DNA of 63,744 nt, the filler included, from Cercozoa sp. M6MM (taxonomy: Eukaryota > Protista > Endomyxa: Ascetosporea), in assembly GCA_040357565.1 (NCBI GenBank). It is 12 parts of 12 records of this genome, joined end to end, with 100 filler letters (N's around TTAATTAATTAA, not from the genome) between each part and the next. Parts side by side here need not be neighbours in the genome. Positions count along the whole stretch, not along the records: positions 35,900 to 39,211 come from JBDODJ010001506.1; positions 39,312 to 41,462 come from JBDODJ010001830.1; positions 41,563 to 45,776 come from JBDODJ010001197.1; positions 45,877 to 54,660 come from JBDODJ010000513.1; 8 more parts are not named here. One strand, given 5' to 3'. Positions 37,263 to 52,960 of the stretch are shown piece after piece (within the stretch, counting starts at the first letter, position 1; each line of letters starts with the position of its first letter). The notes beneath the pieces were generated by a model, which was given only the letters and a program-made list of their open reading frames with translations, was not told the DNA's origin and ran no database searches. A program made the position numbers and the translations under genes.

Positions 37263-37349
37263 TCAAATATCACATGTGTGTGTTTACGTTTACGTGTCCC
37301 GAAATTAGGCTACATGCTGGATGGCCCCTACATGTCAAAGCAGCTGTGA
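35976..37349 (+). CDS. ELP3: Elongator complex protein 3 (radical SAM/acetyltransferase), 5' partial, 11 exons
   Basis: [94 protein letters not shown]. Confidence 0.97.
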
Positions 37350-38688
37350 AATTGAGTTCGGTTCGGTTGCGTTGAGTTCCGATACGCCGAGTTGAATTAT
37401 CGATGGCTACCGTACCGTACGTACTCGACTGACGCTAATGCAAAGTTCAATTAGGTCAACGGTACGGTACATAATCGAATGGATGCACGGGGAAATTTGC
37501 GTCAGCGCACTGTTTCCGCAGCCCTCTTAGGTAGGGATCTACCTTGGTAAATTCGAATTGAGGGTACTTTGCCAGTGATACAAAAAACTAAGGAACGTAA
37601 GAAAGTCTGTTCTTGGAGGGAGAGTGGCCATGCGAAGTGTCAGTTTGAAAGAGTGAGATACCCCAACGGTACAGTTGGGCGGCAAAGCACTGGTGGACGC
37701 AAAAGACACCCATCAGATGTTTTTATTGAGTTGCGTGAAGTACAGAAGAGGAAAGAAAGAAGAAGAAGGGCCTCTGGAAAGGCAGCCGGGTAGAAGCGGA
37801 GACAACCGGTCCTGGAGAGATCAGATTACCTGGTCGAGAGAGAGCCTTTCTTGAAAAAGCTTGCTCAAGGCTTCCCTACTCAAACACAGGTGTTCCACAG
37901 TCTGGACTGAAGCTCTCAGTAGGTCAGGATACCAGCGAACACACGTCAAAATCTTCTACACCTCTCTTAAGGGATTTTGTAAGTTTTAAAGTGGCTTCCG
38001 CGCGGATACAGAATATCATGTAACAGCATTGCTAGCGCGTAGCAACCAGTTGAATACGATGCGCAGTTGCCGTTACAGGAATTATGCCGCGCCGTGGAAA
38101 TCGAAAGGGGAGTTCGCGTTGGATGGCCCCGGTGGACTACGGTCATGCGCTTGTGACCTACCCCAGGACTGGTACAGGGAAATGACGTGGTTGGTTCTGA
38201 ACTATGCTAACTATTCACACTAAACACGTGAGAGCACTCGAAGTGACCGAAGAAACTGACGGTACAGGAGTCCGTCTATCTTCTCCTCTCACCCAGCATG
38301 TGCATGAAGATACAAAAGACGAAACAGAGTGATAACCCTGGCTTACACAAAAGTTGTACGTTCGGGTGCACGGTAAATTTACCCTCACTGCACAGTAAGT
38401 TTAGTTTGTAATCGTTGTACCAAACAGAAGGAAAAAGATTGCATCACGTTTCGAGAGGTCACGCGTCCACTCGCGACGGCGGTGCCGTAGCATGTCACCG
38501 AACTTACGTTCTTGTCTCTTCAGTTTCATTTGGCGAGAGGCACTGCAAGCCTGATGCAAGTTCGGACATTCGCTTCGCGACTGCATTGGCTGAATTAAAC
38601 TGAAAGTGCGACGCAACAGCTTGCTTTAATGCGTCGGGCAGGACCGACCAAACTTTTAGTCGATTCTCGTTCAAGCAGCCACGGGCGG

Positions 38689-39006
38689 ATGAACTATCGG
38701 TACTGGAAGCTGCTGTGGGTACTGGCATTGCTTGCGAGTGTCGTTCTCGTCGGGGGTAAGGAAGGCGAAGAGGGAGAGGAAGGGGAAGAATATGGTGATG
38801 AAGAAGAAGAAGAACAGCCTCACCAGCATGTGAGGCATGGAGCTGTCAAATTCAACGATAACTTTCTCGCGATTCAACTGATGTCGGTATCATACACTGA
38901 CTGAGGGAGAACCAGCTTCTATCATGTGCAATACAAACATATTGATTCAGACACCAGCCTTTGGCGGCAAAAAGAAACAATTCAGCGACATGAAGGTGGC
39001 AGGTAA

Positions 39007-39103
<97 letters not shown>

Positions 39104-39198
39104 ACACACACACACACAATGTGCTGTCTGGGCAGTATACCTTGCTGCCAACGTGGGTGCTGGGTACGTCGAGCACGAAGCAAAGTATTTTAGCCCGG
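38689..39198 (+). CDS. Hypothetical secreted protein (3' partial)
   Basis: Signal peptide MNYRYWKLLWVLALLASVVLVGG then an acidic tract; GT..AG introns. Confidence 0.55.
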
Positions 39199-39429
39199 TA
39201 CTCGCACAGCANNNNNNNNNNNNNNNNNNNNNNNNNNNNNNNNNNNNNNNNNNNNTTAATTAATTAANNNNNNNNNNNNNNNNNNNNNNNNNNNNNNNNN
39301 NNNNNNNNNNNGCTGCTGGCTCTCGGCGTTCCTGGTGGTCTTTCCGCCTCCCAAGGGGTTTGGGCGGGGGGCCCACCCTGGCCACCACCCCGTTTTTTCC
39401 CCCTTTTTTCCCCCCCCCCCCCCAACTTA

Positions 39430-39930
39430 TACTATTAAATTAGTAGACTTTTAATTAGATAGACATGAGATAGACCTTTAATTAAATCGGGTTTTAATTA
39501 GGGTTTTAATTAGATAGATTAATTGGATAGGGCTTTAATTGGATAGGGCTTTAATTATATCGAGCTTGAATTAGATAGTATTAATTAGATAGTATTAATT
39601 AGATAGGTATAATTAGATAGAGCTTTAATTAGATAGTATTATTTCATTAGATAGAGCTTTGATTAGTAGGCTTTAATTATATCGAGCTTTAATTAGATAG
39701 TATTAATTAGATAGGTATAATTAGATAGGTATAATTAGATAGGTATAATTAGATAGAGCTTTGATTAGATACAGCTTTAATTAGTTAATTCTATATATAA
39801 GATAGACACTAATTATATATATATATATATATATAAGATAGACACTAATTATATATATATATATATATAAGATAGACATTAATTATATATATATAATTAA
39901 TAAGATAGACATTAATTAGATAGATAGATA
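39430..39930. repeat. AT-rich degenerate minisatellite (TTAATTAGATAG core) grading into (TA)n; probably intronic
   Basis: Directly visible repeated units. Confidence 0.85.
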
Positions 39931-39959
39931 GAGAGACAGAGAGCAAAGAGAGAGGCCTA

Positions 39960-40556
39960 CCGGAAGCGAGAGGCACTGTCGGCACGGCGTACCGCGGTTG
40001 CGGCCGAACGTGCTTCATTCGCACCGGCTCAAACGTCGCCGAAAAGTCGAGTTTCGCCGCCGGCGATTTCTCCTGCTTCTCCACTGCAAAACGACTCGTG
40101 TAGCTGCGTTCCCTCGCCGCCTCACTGCGCACACACTCGAAATCCACAGCTCTCACTCGAAATCCAAAGCTTTCACTCGAAATCCAAAGCTTTCACTCGA
40201 AATCCACAGCTTTCACTCGAGATTCAAAGCTTCGTTCGCGAAATCCAAAGCTTTCACTCGAAATCCAAAGCTTCCTTCGCGAAATCGAGCGAAATCGAGC
40301 GAAATTCGGCGAAAAAAGCAACGGAAAACACAAAGCGCGCGGTACAGGTCGACATCGACGACTTCGAGTGTGTTGCCGTCCGCGCCAACTCGCACGAATT
40401 CCGGCAGCTCTTCGCGCGGAATGCCCAGAGAGTCTAGTGTGGCCGCAGGCGTGCGTTTCACGGCCTGACGCGTCGATGTGACACCATCGGAGCCCACCAC
40501 ATGCTTAATTCCGCGCTGCTGTCGCGCAGCGCGCCGAGCCAACGCTGCCAGCATAT
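39960..40556 (-). CDS. Hypothetical, probably mitochondrion-targeted protein (3' partial)
   Basis: MLAALARRAARQQRGIKHVV presequence-like start; second exon RSEAARERSYTSRFAVEKQE...; the intron between them carries GAAATCCAAAGCTTTCACTC repeats. Confidence 0.5.
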
Positions 40557-41616
40557 GCAATTAGATCGGTGCAGACGGCTGGTTACACCTGCGGTCGCGT
40601 AGAGCCTCCTGGCACCAGCGATCGGCCGAACATGATAAAAAACAATGTCAACCCCCTGATTCCTTGCTTGCGCTGTTTGTGCGAGCGAAGTGCGCTGGCA
40701 CGTGTCAATGCTGTGTACAATGCGTGGTGTGACGCTTAGGCCGTTTGCAGCACAAGGTGGCGCATTTCGAATTTTTCGCCCTGGCATATCAGATCGATCG
40801 ATCGCAAAAATCGCTGTGTGGGTTGAACAGGCCGATTCCGAAGTGCGTTCGCAATTCGCGACGCACTCTTCGTGCCGTTCGAGATTTCCGTAGTGTTTTT
40901 TTTTTTGTATCGTCTGTTGTGTGAAGGCTTGTGTGTTGCGCAGGAAACAGAGGCGAAAAAGCGCTATGAAAACTGGACGAAACGCAACTTTCTTTTTCCG
41001 GACGGTACCACTTGTTTAAGGGGACGGTGCAGACAACAACGGAGATTCAATATTCACACAGAACACAAGAAAGCAAAGAATTTGACGAAAAGCTTTTTGC
41101 CATTCTTCATTGTGGACGTGGTACCATCTCTCAAGTTGTTTGGGATTCCGTCTCATGTCGGACTTGATAATCTCAAATTTTGGGCGTCAGACCGGCACAG
41201 GCAGCTATACAGCCGAAGTTGGACAGCGCAACTTCTCTGTACAGTTGCACTATGATAGATTAAACCCGATTTAGGCCTCGAAACTGTGTTTTAGGGCGGC
41301 GACTTGCACACTCGTTTTTCTCACGTCGCGGGTGACTTTGACATCGGTGGGTCTTTTTTTTTTGTATTTTCGCTTGACTGCGGACTGTGAGAAACGCATG
41401 TTGTGACCGGTTGGCACCTTTATTGCTGTGCAGAATGCCCCAACACGCCTGTCTACGCCAGCNNNNNNNNNNNNNNNNNNNNNNNNNNNNNNNNNNNNNN
41501 NNNNNNTTAATTAATTAANNNNNNNNNNNNNNNNNNNNNNNNNNNNNNNNNNNNNNNNNNNNCCCCCCCCCTCTACCCCCTATCTCCTACCCCCTGGACC
41601 CCTTACCCCCCGCACA

Positions 41617-42674
41617 GGAGGCTGCGCTGGCACGGCACGAGATGCGGCAGCAGCGACAGCGACAACAACAACAAGAAGAGCACGAGAAACAACAAGAGCG
41701 ACAGGAGAAACGCCGCGAAACGCCGATGCGAGAAACGTCGCCGTCCGCGCGAGTGACGAAACGACGCAGTCCGCGGCAACGACACGAGGTATTCGTTTCT
41801 TACCCCCCCCCCCCCTGTTTACCCCCCTCTACACGCCCCCTGTTTACCCCCCCTGATACCCGGCTGTACAACAGGAGGAGAGCCGGGAGATGTCAGAGTC
41901 AGAGCCGAGAGTACGTGAGCCCGAGTCGATAGAGTCGGCAGATCCAGTTGAGCCGGAGCCGGAGGAGTCGGTAGAGTCGGAGGAAGTGGACGGCTTCCTG
42001 ACTCTGGAGCTGTCGCCGCACTTTGCGTCGCTGCGCAGTCCGATGGTGGTGTCGGCGGCCACGTCGGCCGGCCACGTGACGGTGCGCTCGTCGTCGCGCG
42101 GACTGTATGACCCGTCGCCGGCACTGGGCCCGTCGGCCATCATGATGAGTCCGCGCGGACACTTTGACCTCGGCGGCGGCGCCAATGACACGGCCGGCAG
42201 CGTCACTGGCGGCACCTTCGGCTCGCTCAGCGGCAGTCTCGAGGCGCTCGTGCAGGTATATCCCATCCCCCTCCCCCATTACCCCCCCTACTCCTGCCCT
42301 TTAGCCGTCGCCGCTATTCGCGCCGTCGAATCCGCACGCGAGTCAGAGCACATCGCACTCCTTGTCGGCCGGCCCGTCAGTTTCGGTGGGCCCGTCGCCA
42401 GGATTGCTGCCCACGGCATCGCCAGATTTTGCTGCGCGTACGCTTTGTCCACGCTTTGTGCACTTGCACTTTTCGCTGGCCTCGGTTGTGGGGGTCGATT
42501 TTGGTTGTTTTGGAGTTTTACTCTGATTTGGCCCAGCGCATTTGGCCCAGCGGGTGTCTCGGTGTTTGCTCGTGTGTGCTGATGAGTCTGCTAAGGCAGT
42601 GACATGTTTCTGCTGTGTGCTCAGGAGGATTCTCGCTGCTCGCCGGCGATCTGGGCGGCAGTAACTGGCTGTGA
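41617..42674 (+). CDS. 3' part of a low-complexity hypothetical protein
   Basis: Q/E/R-rich and S/P-rich exons ending GGFSLLAGDLGGSNWL*. Confidence 0.5.
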
Positions 42675-42875
42675 CAGCTGCTGGTAGTCCGAGAAGCCCT
42701 CTCGCATACAGCATTCATTCAGTTAGCTCCCAATAGTACGATTTTAGTCACGGCAGGTAGCAGTCAGAGAATCAACTGTTCGATTTGCCTGACGAGCTCG
42801 ACTTGATCCAAGCACGACACCCAGAACCCAAACAAGTAATCCCCAAACGGACTCGCAGTGTCTGGTGCCCGTAGA

Positions 42876-45750
42876 ATGGTCAGCGGAATGATTAATGCCG
42901 ATCCTGGCGCGGAAGTCTTCGTCAATGAATTCGCGGTGTGTTTTGCTTGTTTGTTGTTTTTGTCGTTTTTTGTTGTTATCGTTGTTCTTGTTGTTGTTAT
43001 CGTTGTATTGTTGTTGTTATTGTTGTACTGTGTTGTGTTGTGTTGTTTGCGCCAGCGCGCGGTGACACAAGAGGACCACGACGCTGTGGAAGAGTTGCTG
43101 GAAATGATCGCCGACCTGGAGGTCGACAGCGCCGTGTCCGTTGTGAACGCGCTGTTGCGTCGTTGTGGCGCAGAGATTATTTCTGCCATTGTATCGGTAT
43201 TACCTCTGCCGTTCATTAATCGTTTGGTTCAAGGAGCCAGAACCTGAAGAAGAAAGTTTGTGCGCCTTTCTTGGGCCCTTTAGCCCTACCCTTGGTTCAA
43301 TTTTGGTTGTTTTGGAGTTTTTAACTCTGATTTGGCCCAGCGGGGGTGTCTCGGGGCTCAGTTGTTTTTGTCTCAGGGCACAGCACTGGCGCAGAGTGCG
43401 CATGGTCGTTGGCTTGACGTGCTGTGCCAACTTAACATGTGCATGCCCGCCCTGCTGGTTTACGCGCAGAATTGTACCCCCCCCCCCCCATTGTTTTGCT
43501 GTGTCCTCTGGAACCAGTGACACATATTGTGCAGCTGGACTACTCATCAACATGACGCAGAGAATGATCATGTTTGTGCAGTCGCCTGGCGTATCACTTC
43601 TACCATATTATCCAATCCCAGCGTTCCAAGTTTCAGTTAATTCGTTTGAGTGTGTGGCTTGATTTAGAGCAACAGGGACGATGCCAGTCTGGTGGCTGCA
43701 ACGGCTCTGGCCTCTGTGGCTCTCCTTACTAGCACCGATGTCGAGTCCTACGTATTCCCCTTACCCTCCTTCACCTTCTTCTGACCCTTTAAGCCTAGCC
43801 TCTGTAGTTCAAGGAGCCGGAACCTGAAGAAGAAAGTTTGCGCGCCTTTCTTGGGCACGATGTTGTCGAACAGGTTCATTCCTTTACCTTCCTTTACCCT
43901 TGACACCTTTGCGGTTTACCCTACCCGACACCCCTCTCCTGCGATTATCTCAGCTGGCGAAATCGCTGGCAGACTGCGCTCTGTTTTGCTTGCGAAACGG
44001 CATGATTAAAGCTGTAATTAGTGCACACGAAAAAGGCTGGCGTAGACAATGATATATGCCATGTCATTAGGGTGACAACATTCTCCGGGAGCTAGCGGGT
44101 TCGCGTGAAATCGTCGAACAGGACTTTGGGCTTGCCAACAAGGAGGGTAAGATGGGTAGAAGAGGTGGAAAGTAAAAAGGTGAGGGTAAAAATACCCCGG
44201 ATTCGCAGATTCGAGCGAGGAGGAGGAAGAGGAGCAGAGCAACTTTCCGTGCGCTTTGTCGCCTGAGACGTTGCTGGGGGTGCCTTGGACTTTACCCCCC
44301 CCCGAACCCCCTCCCCTTATCCCCTCTTTACACGCATCTTTATCCCGTCTTTACCCCCCCCCCCCCAATACGTAGTACACATGCGAGGTGACACGTGTCC
44401 TGTCGGATCTTGGTCGGACGGACGCGCTGAAGAATCTCTTGGAGTGCAGCGATGGACTGCGTAGTTCTTCCCCTTTTATCCATTTACCCTTCCCCCCTCT
44501 TACCCTCCCCGTTACCTCAGGTGCTTTATGGATTCGCATCGGTCGCTATGCCTCCGAAAACGACGTCAGCGAAGTACTTACGTAAGTGAACTTTGAACCC
44601 CTTTAAATCCTTACCCCTTTAAACTCCCTGACCCCCCCCCCCTAACCCCGTTTCCCCCGCCACAGCCCGGAGCAGAAGGATGGACACAATGGAGAGCACA
44701 GTGGAGAGTAGCGATCAGTCCGAGTACGAAAAGGTACCGCTGGCCAGTCGGCACGTGTGTATGCCGCCACGCGGTCACGTGGTCACCCATGTGCGTAGGC
44801 ATGTGTGCTAGCACGTGTCTGGTTGGTCCGCGCGGGCGTGCTGCGGGGCACGTCGTACGACACGAACTATTTTGCTCTCGGTACCTCAAACTGATGATAC
44901 CTGACTGACTGACAGTGTGACTGGACACGTGTGTGACTTGACCGTGTGTGACTTGACACGTGTGCGCAGTGCAAAAACTGACGGAGCTGCTGAAACCGTC
45001 GGCGCAGCGACTGAGTTTCGGCGTGACACGTAATCACTCCGATCAGCAGTCAGAGACGGTTTGTTCGATCGAGAAACCGTCGCACGTGTCTCCTCTGCGC
45101 GTGGGTAGCAGCACTGTCTTTGTGCGAGTGGTGTTTCTATGCCCCCTTACCCCTTGCCCCTTTACCCCCTTGCCCCTACCCTTGCGACAGGCCAGGCGGC
45201 GCTGGCGGACTTGTTGCGAGTGGCGCCGCGCGAGGACGCCACGTTGGCGGCACCGGCTCTCTCGGTGGTCACTCCAGTGATCGTACGTTGGTCATGCGCA
45301 ATTAGACCGTCAGTCACTGTGTGATCAGGTGGACTGAGTGACGGTTTTGTATCTTGGGGATGAGCGCAGAAAGAGGCCGATAGGGCGCGACGCGAACTCG
45401 TGAGGCTGATGGTAATCTCTCCTCTTTTAGTCCCCTGTTTACCCCTCTGTTTACCCCTCTGTTTACCCCTCTGTTTACCTCCCCGTTTACCCCCTTTGTT
45501 CACCTTCTATTTACCCCCCTGTTTACCCTCGCAGACCGAGCATCCTGATGCCAGAGTCCGTGTGCACGACAGCCTCGCTGACTACGTCGGTGGTACGTCC
45601 GTGTCTCTGTAGTTTGAAGGGGGTTGGGATGGACGGTACATATGGACGGTACATATGGACTGTACGTATGGACTGTACGTATGGACTGGGGAGCAGATGC
45701 ACTGCGCGTGGTGTTGGCGGCGACGCTCGTGTTTCCTGTCGACATGGCCG
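42876..45750 (+). CDS. Multi-exon alpha-helical hypothetical protein (3' partial)
   Basis: In-frame chain MVSGMINADPGAEVFVNEFA|RAVTQEDHDAVEELLEMIADL...|GTALAQSAHGRWLDVLCQL...|FKEPEPEEESLRAFLGHDVVEQ. Confidence 0.6.
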
Positions 45751-45889
45751 TACATGCGTACCCTCCTTTTACCCGTNNNNNNNNNNNNNNNNNNNNNNNN
45801 NNNNNNNNNNNNNNNNNNNNTTAATTAATTAANNNNNNNNNNNNNNNNNNNNNNNNNNNNNNNNNNNNNNNNNNNNGGGGGGGGTATGA

Positions 45890-48638
<2,749 letters not shown>

Positions 48639-49007
48639 CACTAAGCGATGTGCTGCACCGGTCAGGGCACTATACACACCACTGTCACACGTGCGCTCAC
48701 ACTAACGGTGTCTGTGCACACTGTATCGCGCCACGTTCTTGATCGAACATAGCTTGATCGCTTTGAATCAGTCAGCCGATTGGTTGATAGTTAGTTGTAG
48801 TTCCTCTGCACCAGTCTGGGATCTGGGGTGGGTCACAAGAGCATGACTGTGTCTACCGCCCACTTTGGATAGGACCATACAACTCCCTTTTTTACGTTCC
48901 CCGTACACCGAAGTCGACCTCATGGTTGATGCAGGTATTTGGGCATAGTCATTTATATCAGCAACCATAGTGCAGGAAACAGCTCTCGTCGCCGCGTAAT
49001 TTTACGT

Positions 49008-49993
49008 CTACATGCTCTGCAAACGATCGAAAAGAGCGAACATCTGCTTCAACTTGCCGACCGACCACTGGTACGTGTTGTTCACGTGATCCATCTGTTT
49101 ACAGCACGTCAGCTTGAGCGAGGAACACACGAACACTGAGTACAGAGTAGGGTAGGGTACCTTCATGGCTTCCAAATCATCGCCGTGCTTCGCCCGCAGT
49201 CGCAGTAGAATCTGCGACACAAACAATGAAAAAGCATTCGACCATACTAGATGAATGCCAGAGAGAAATTTGACACCTGCTGATATCTGATCGGCATACT
49301 TCTCGGGACATAGGCTGAACAAATAAAACGACTGTATCAACACACGTGAGTGCTTTAAGCAAGTCCAAGTACCCTCTTTTCGCGGCGCGTTCTGAATCTC
49401 GGTCAGTTTTTCGGTCAGCAGGCCGTTCGACTCACCGCCTTGTAACTCCGACAGAGGAACGCTGCGCACCTTGTCGTCATCGATGAGTGCTTCGCCCTGC
49501 ACAATACAGATACGGTGACACGAAAGTAAACCAGTCGCATAAGTCTAAAACTTACAAGCGCCGGCTTGCGCTCGCGCTTCTGCATCTCGGCAATGTCGGC
49601 GTTCACATCGAGCACAAGACTGAAGCAAACACACGTGAAAAAATAAGCCAAATCTCGCACGCGGAATGAAAGCATACCCAAGAGCCTTAAAGTTCGCACG
49701 AACTGTCTTGCGCGAGTCCCAGTGGTCAAGCACGATGTTGCCACCTGGACAAAAAAGCACATGGACAACCCAAACATGGACAACCCAAACATGGACAACC
49801 CAAACATGGACAATGTTCTGTACCGCCGAAATTTCCAGGCTTTTGGCCCGTCTTCTGTCTTCGCAGTTGCTTCTTTTGTCGCCGCTTCTGGCTCGCTGCA
49901 ATTAAAGTCGAGTGAAAACAATCGACGCGGAACAGGCAGACATCCACCACGAAAAAGAAGCGCACCTGTTCTAAAGGAAGCCTTCTTGCCCAT
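49008..49993 (-). CDS. NOP16: Nucleolar protein 16 (ribosome biogenesis)
   Basis: Basic N-terminus; HWDSRKTVRANFKALGLVLDVN; LRAKHGDDLEAMKMDHVNNTYQWSVGKLK. Confidence 0.88.
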
Positions 49994-50204
49994 GTTAAGT
50001 AGCTAACACACTGCGTCAGGTGCGCACACACGCTGAGACGATCGCTGAGCTTGTTTCGTAGGAAGACTGTCCGTCGGCTCTCGACCTCTGTTTGGGCTCT
50101 TTGATTCCCTATGCTTTATTCGATTTTCGTCGCATTTTATCGTGAATTACGCTTTTTTATTCACTTAATCACTTGAATTCAACATTTTATGTCAAACAGT
50201 TCCG

Positions 50205-52960
50205 ATGCGGTGCAATGAGTGAGGCCTGCAAATTTTGTTGCGGTCCGTGCATGCGGCCGATTTTGTGCTTCGTTGTGATACAAAACAGAAGATCTTCGAC
50301 TGCATCTCGGCAGTTCGTATGTTAAAACTGGCAGTGACGGCGTCTGCGCTGTTTTCGTGCATTCGCGCGAGCACAGAGGCAGGGAAGTTGTGTGGAGAAA
50401 AAGTGTCTGTTGCCCGGACATTTGAGTTTGGATTCGAGCTGGACCCTCACGTCTCGTGGGTCCCAAAGGGGACGACTTTTACAATGGACGCACCTGCTAC
50501 GATCGATAGTGACGGCGTCGGCGAGGGCCTGACTTTCGTGGCCAAATACGGCTTCACTTACATCACCTGCCTGAAGGTACATTGTACACGTGGCTGTAAA
50601 TTCAGTTTATCGACACTCGAATAACAAACTGCTGTCCGACGTGCACGAGCGTGTACACACGTATGTTGTTGCTGAAGGAAACAAAAGACGTCGTGCCTTC
50701 CGATGGCGTCAACAGGTACATGAACCTGTCCCATGTGACCGTCAACTGAAGTTGATCGTGATTCGAAATAGCGCGGGTCTGTCTTTCGCCGCTCTGTACT
50801 TCCCGGTACACAGCACACAGTACCTTCTATTTTTTGTAAGCGTGGATTGGGTGTACACAGGGGCACGCATCACCAATGCCAGTACGTTCCACTCAACTGA
50901 ATTATTGTCAGTGGATACTGTAAGTTTATTTATACGACTGCCGGACTGTACAGAGCCAGGTGCCCGAAAACCGGCGTCGGGTCGCCATGCCTGTGCTTCT
51001 GTTCTTGATTTATAGTGGCCTCAACTGTCACCGTTGCTGTATCGCGGACACATGTTGCGCAGTCAACTGCACTGGGAGCATGGATTCTCGCCAGTTTCGC
51101 CTCTGTCGATGTCAGTTTGTTCTTTCAAACCACAGTGAGTCAGTTGTAGATTTAAAGTATCAGGTATGTTTTGAGTCGACAGGAAGTCGAAGAGGCGGTA
51201 TTGATGAGTTCTGTGGAGCCTTGGGGACGACCGTACAAGCCGCATCAGGTACAATACAGTACCTACCGATAGAATACGCCGAAACCAACACTCGGTACTT
51301 TACTTGTGGTGCTTATCGGTCAGGACATTGGCTCGCCGGAGCCGCCGTGCCATGTTTCGATTCGCGACCAGCACGGTGGACACATCGTGATCGAGTCGGT
51401 ACTATCGCCGCTTGTCTGTACACTGAGAGCCGTACCATTTCTCTTTCTGTATATACGTAGGTACCGCTAACTTCAAGCGATCGAGTTATGCTGACTGCCG
51501 ACGGGACCAGTTTTGCCGACAGCACCGTTCTTCAGCGCGGATACCGCGTTAATGTAAAGTTGCTCCCTCTGACTACGACTAGAGTTGTCCAAAGCAGCTT
51601 TAATTTTTGGATACAGGTGTACAAAGGCAACGGCGTGCTGACCAACTCGCCGGACTACCAGTCTCAGTTGCACATGGCACGTTACCTGACCTCGCAGTTA
51701 TCGACACACCTATCGACGCCTGTCTCATCGGAGGGACCCTTTGGAGTCGGCTATGCTGCCGTCGGGCTACCAGTATAAGCATTCACTTCAACTTTTCCCT
51801 GCATATAATACGTACTGTATCATTATGTCACAATATCAGTTAAATTAAACTGATCTTTTCTGATGTATTAAAATCGGGTTCTACATAAAATAGATATGTC
51901 TTTCCATTAGATACATGCATATTATGTACCGTAGGGCGATCTTTCGTCATCGTCGCGTTTTGTGCGCACGACATTCGGACTCAAGCACTTGCAGTATGGC
52001 ATGCCCATACCTTTCGGTTAACATTGCTGACTTATGATACCGCAGGTGCACCCAAGAGAATGCGTTGTCACGAATGGCGACACTTGTCGATGGGGGTACA
52101 GTACCCCAGTTGCAATATCATATTCAGCAATTTACATATAAATTAGATGAACATGCTTGATAATGTTACTGTCCTAAAGTGGCGTTTCCCTACGGCATGG
52201 TCCGCGTCGAACGGCTGCCTGACCATGTTGTGTACTGCCAGTTCAATACTGTGACCACTGTAATTGTACAGTATTTTGAGCAAGCAATCCTTGTTGTAAA
52301 TTTCCAGAACAAACCAGATGACGGTGCTCAAGACACTTGGCGACGACGCTTTCTTCGTCAAGTGCACGAATGACTACGCGTACGTTTCTGGCAGTTGATT
52401 GGCTCTTGAGCTACTGATGTTGAAGCATCGGCAGGTCGGCCTCGTGGATCAAGGTGCCATTAGAGCCCATCGTGGGTCCAGTCGAACAAACGTAAGTTGA
52501 TGTGCTTTGAGAAAACACCTTTCTATGCGCCGTTTTGTAGGACCGGCAATGCACCTCTTCCCTTCATATCCTTGCAGGTATTGAGTTTACAGTATGCGCG
52601 TGCGTACAGCCATTGAGTAGACTGAGTAAATCATCTGATTGTAATCTTGTTGGCGGACAGGACATGTGCGCCCGTATGCCTGCATCGACACCACTCGCAG
52701 AGCTGCTGGCCAAGACGTTTTAGTGTTCCGTGCAGCACTAAGATTTAGTACTCGTACTAACAACGCGACTACATGGTTTCTTGCCAATTGCAACACCGCT
52801 CGTCATAAGGTCTGTACCAATGTTGCTACTACTGTACACACCCCATGACTAAAGCCGCGTGCACTTCGAAAGGCTAAGACCGAGCTTCAGCGAATCTAAT
52901 CGAACGTTGCAGGAATATCATGACCCTTTCGAATCTTCCAATCCAAAGCTGAAGTTCCGC
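50205..52960 (+). CDS. Large multi-exon hypothetical, probably secreted/surface protein; ends approximate
   Basis: Chain of short Thr/Cys/aromatic-rich exons with GT..AG introns; family not recognised. Confidence 0.45.

Noticed and set aside
26011-37349. Alternative genetic code
   Set aside because: TAA (NDUFA13-like), TAG (enoyl-CoA isomerase) and TGA (ELP3) all end conserved proteins; apparent internal stops are removed by GT-AG introns
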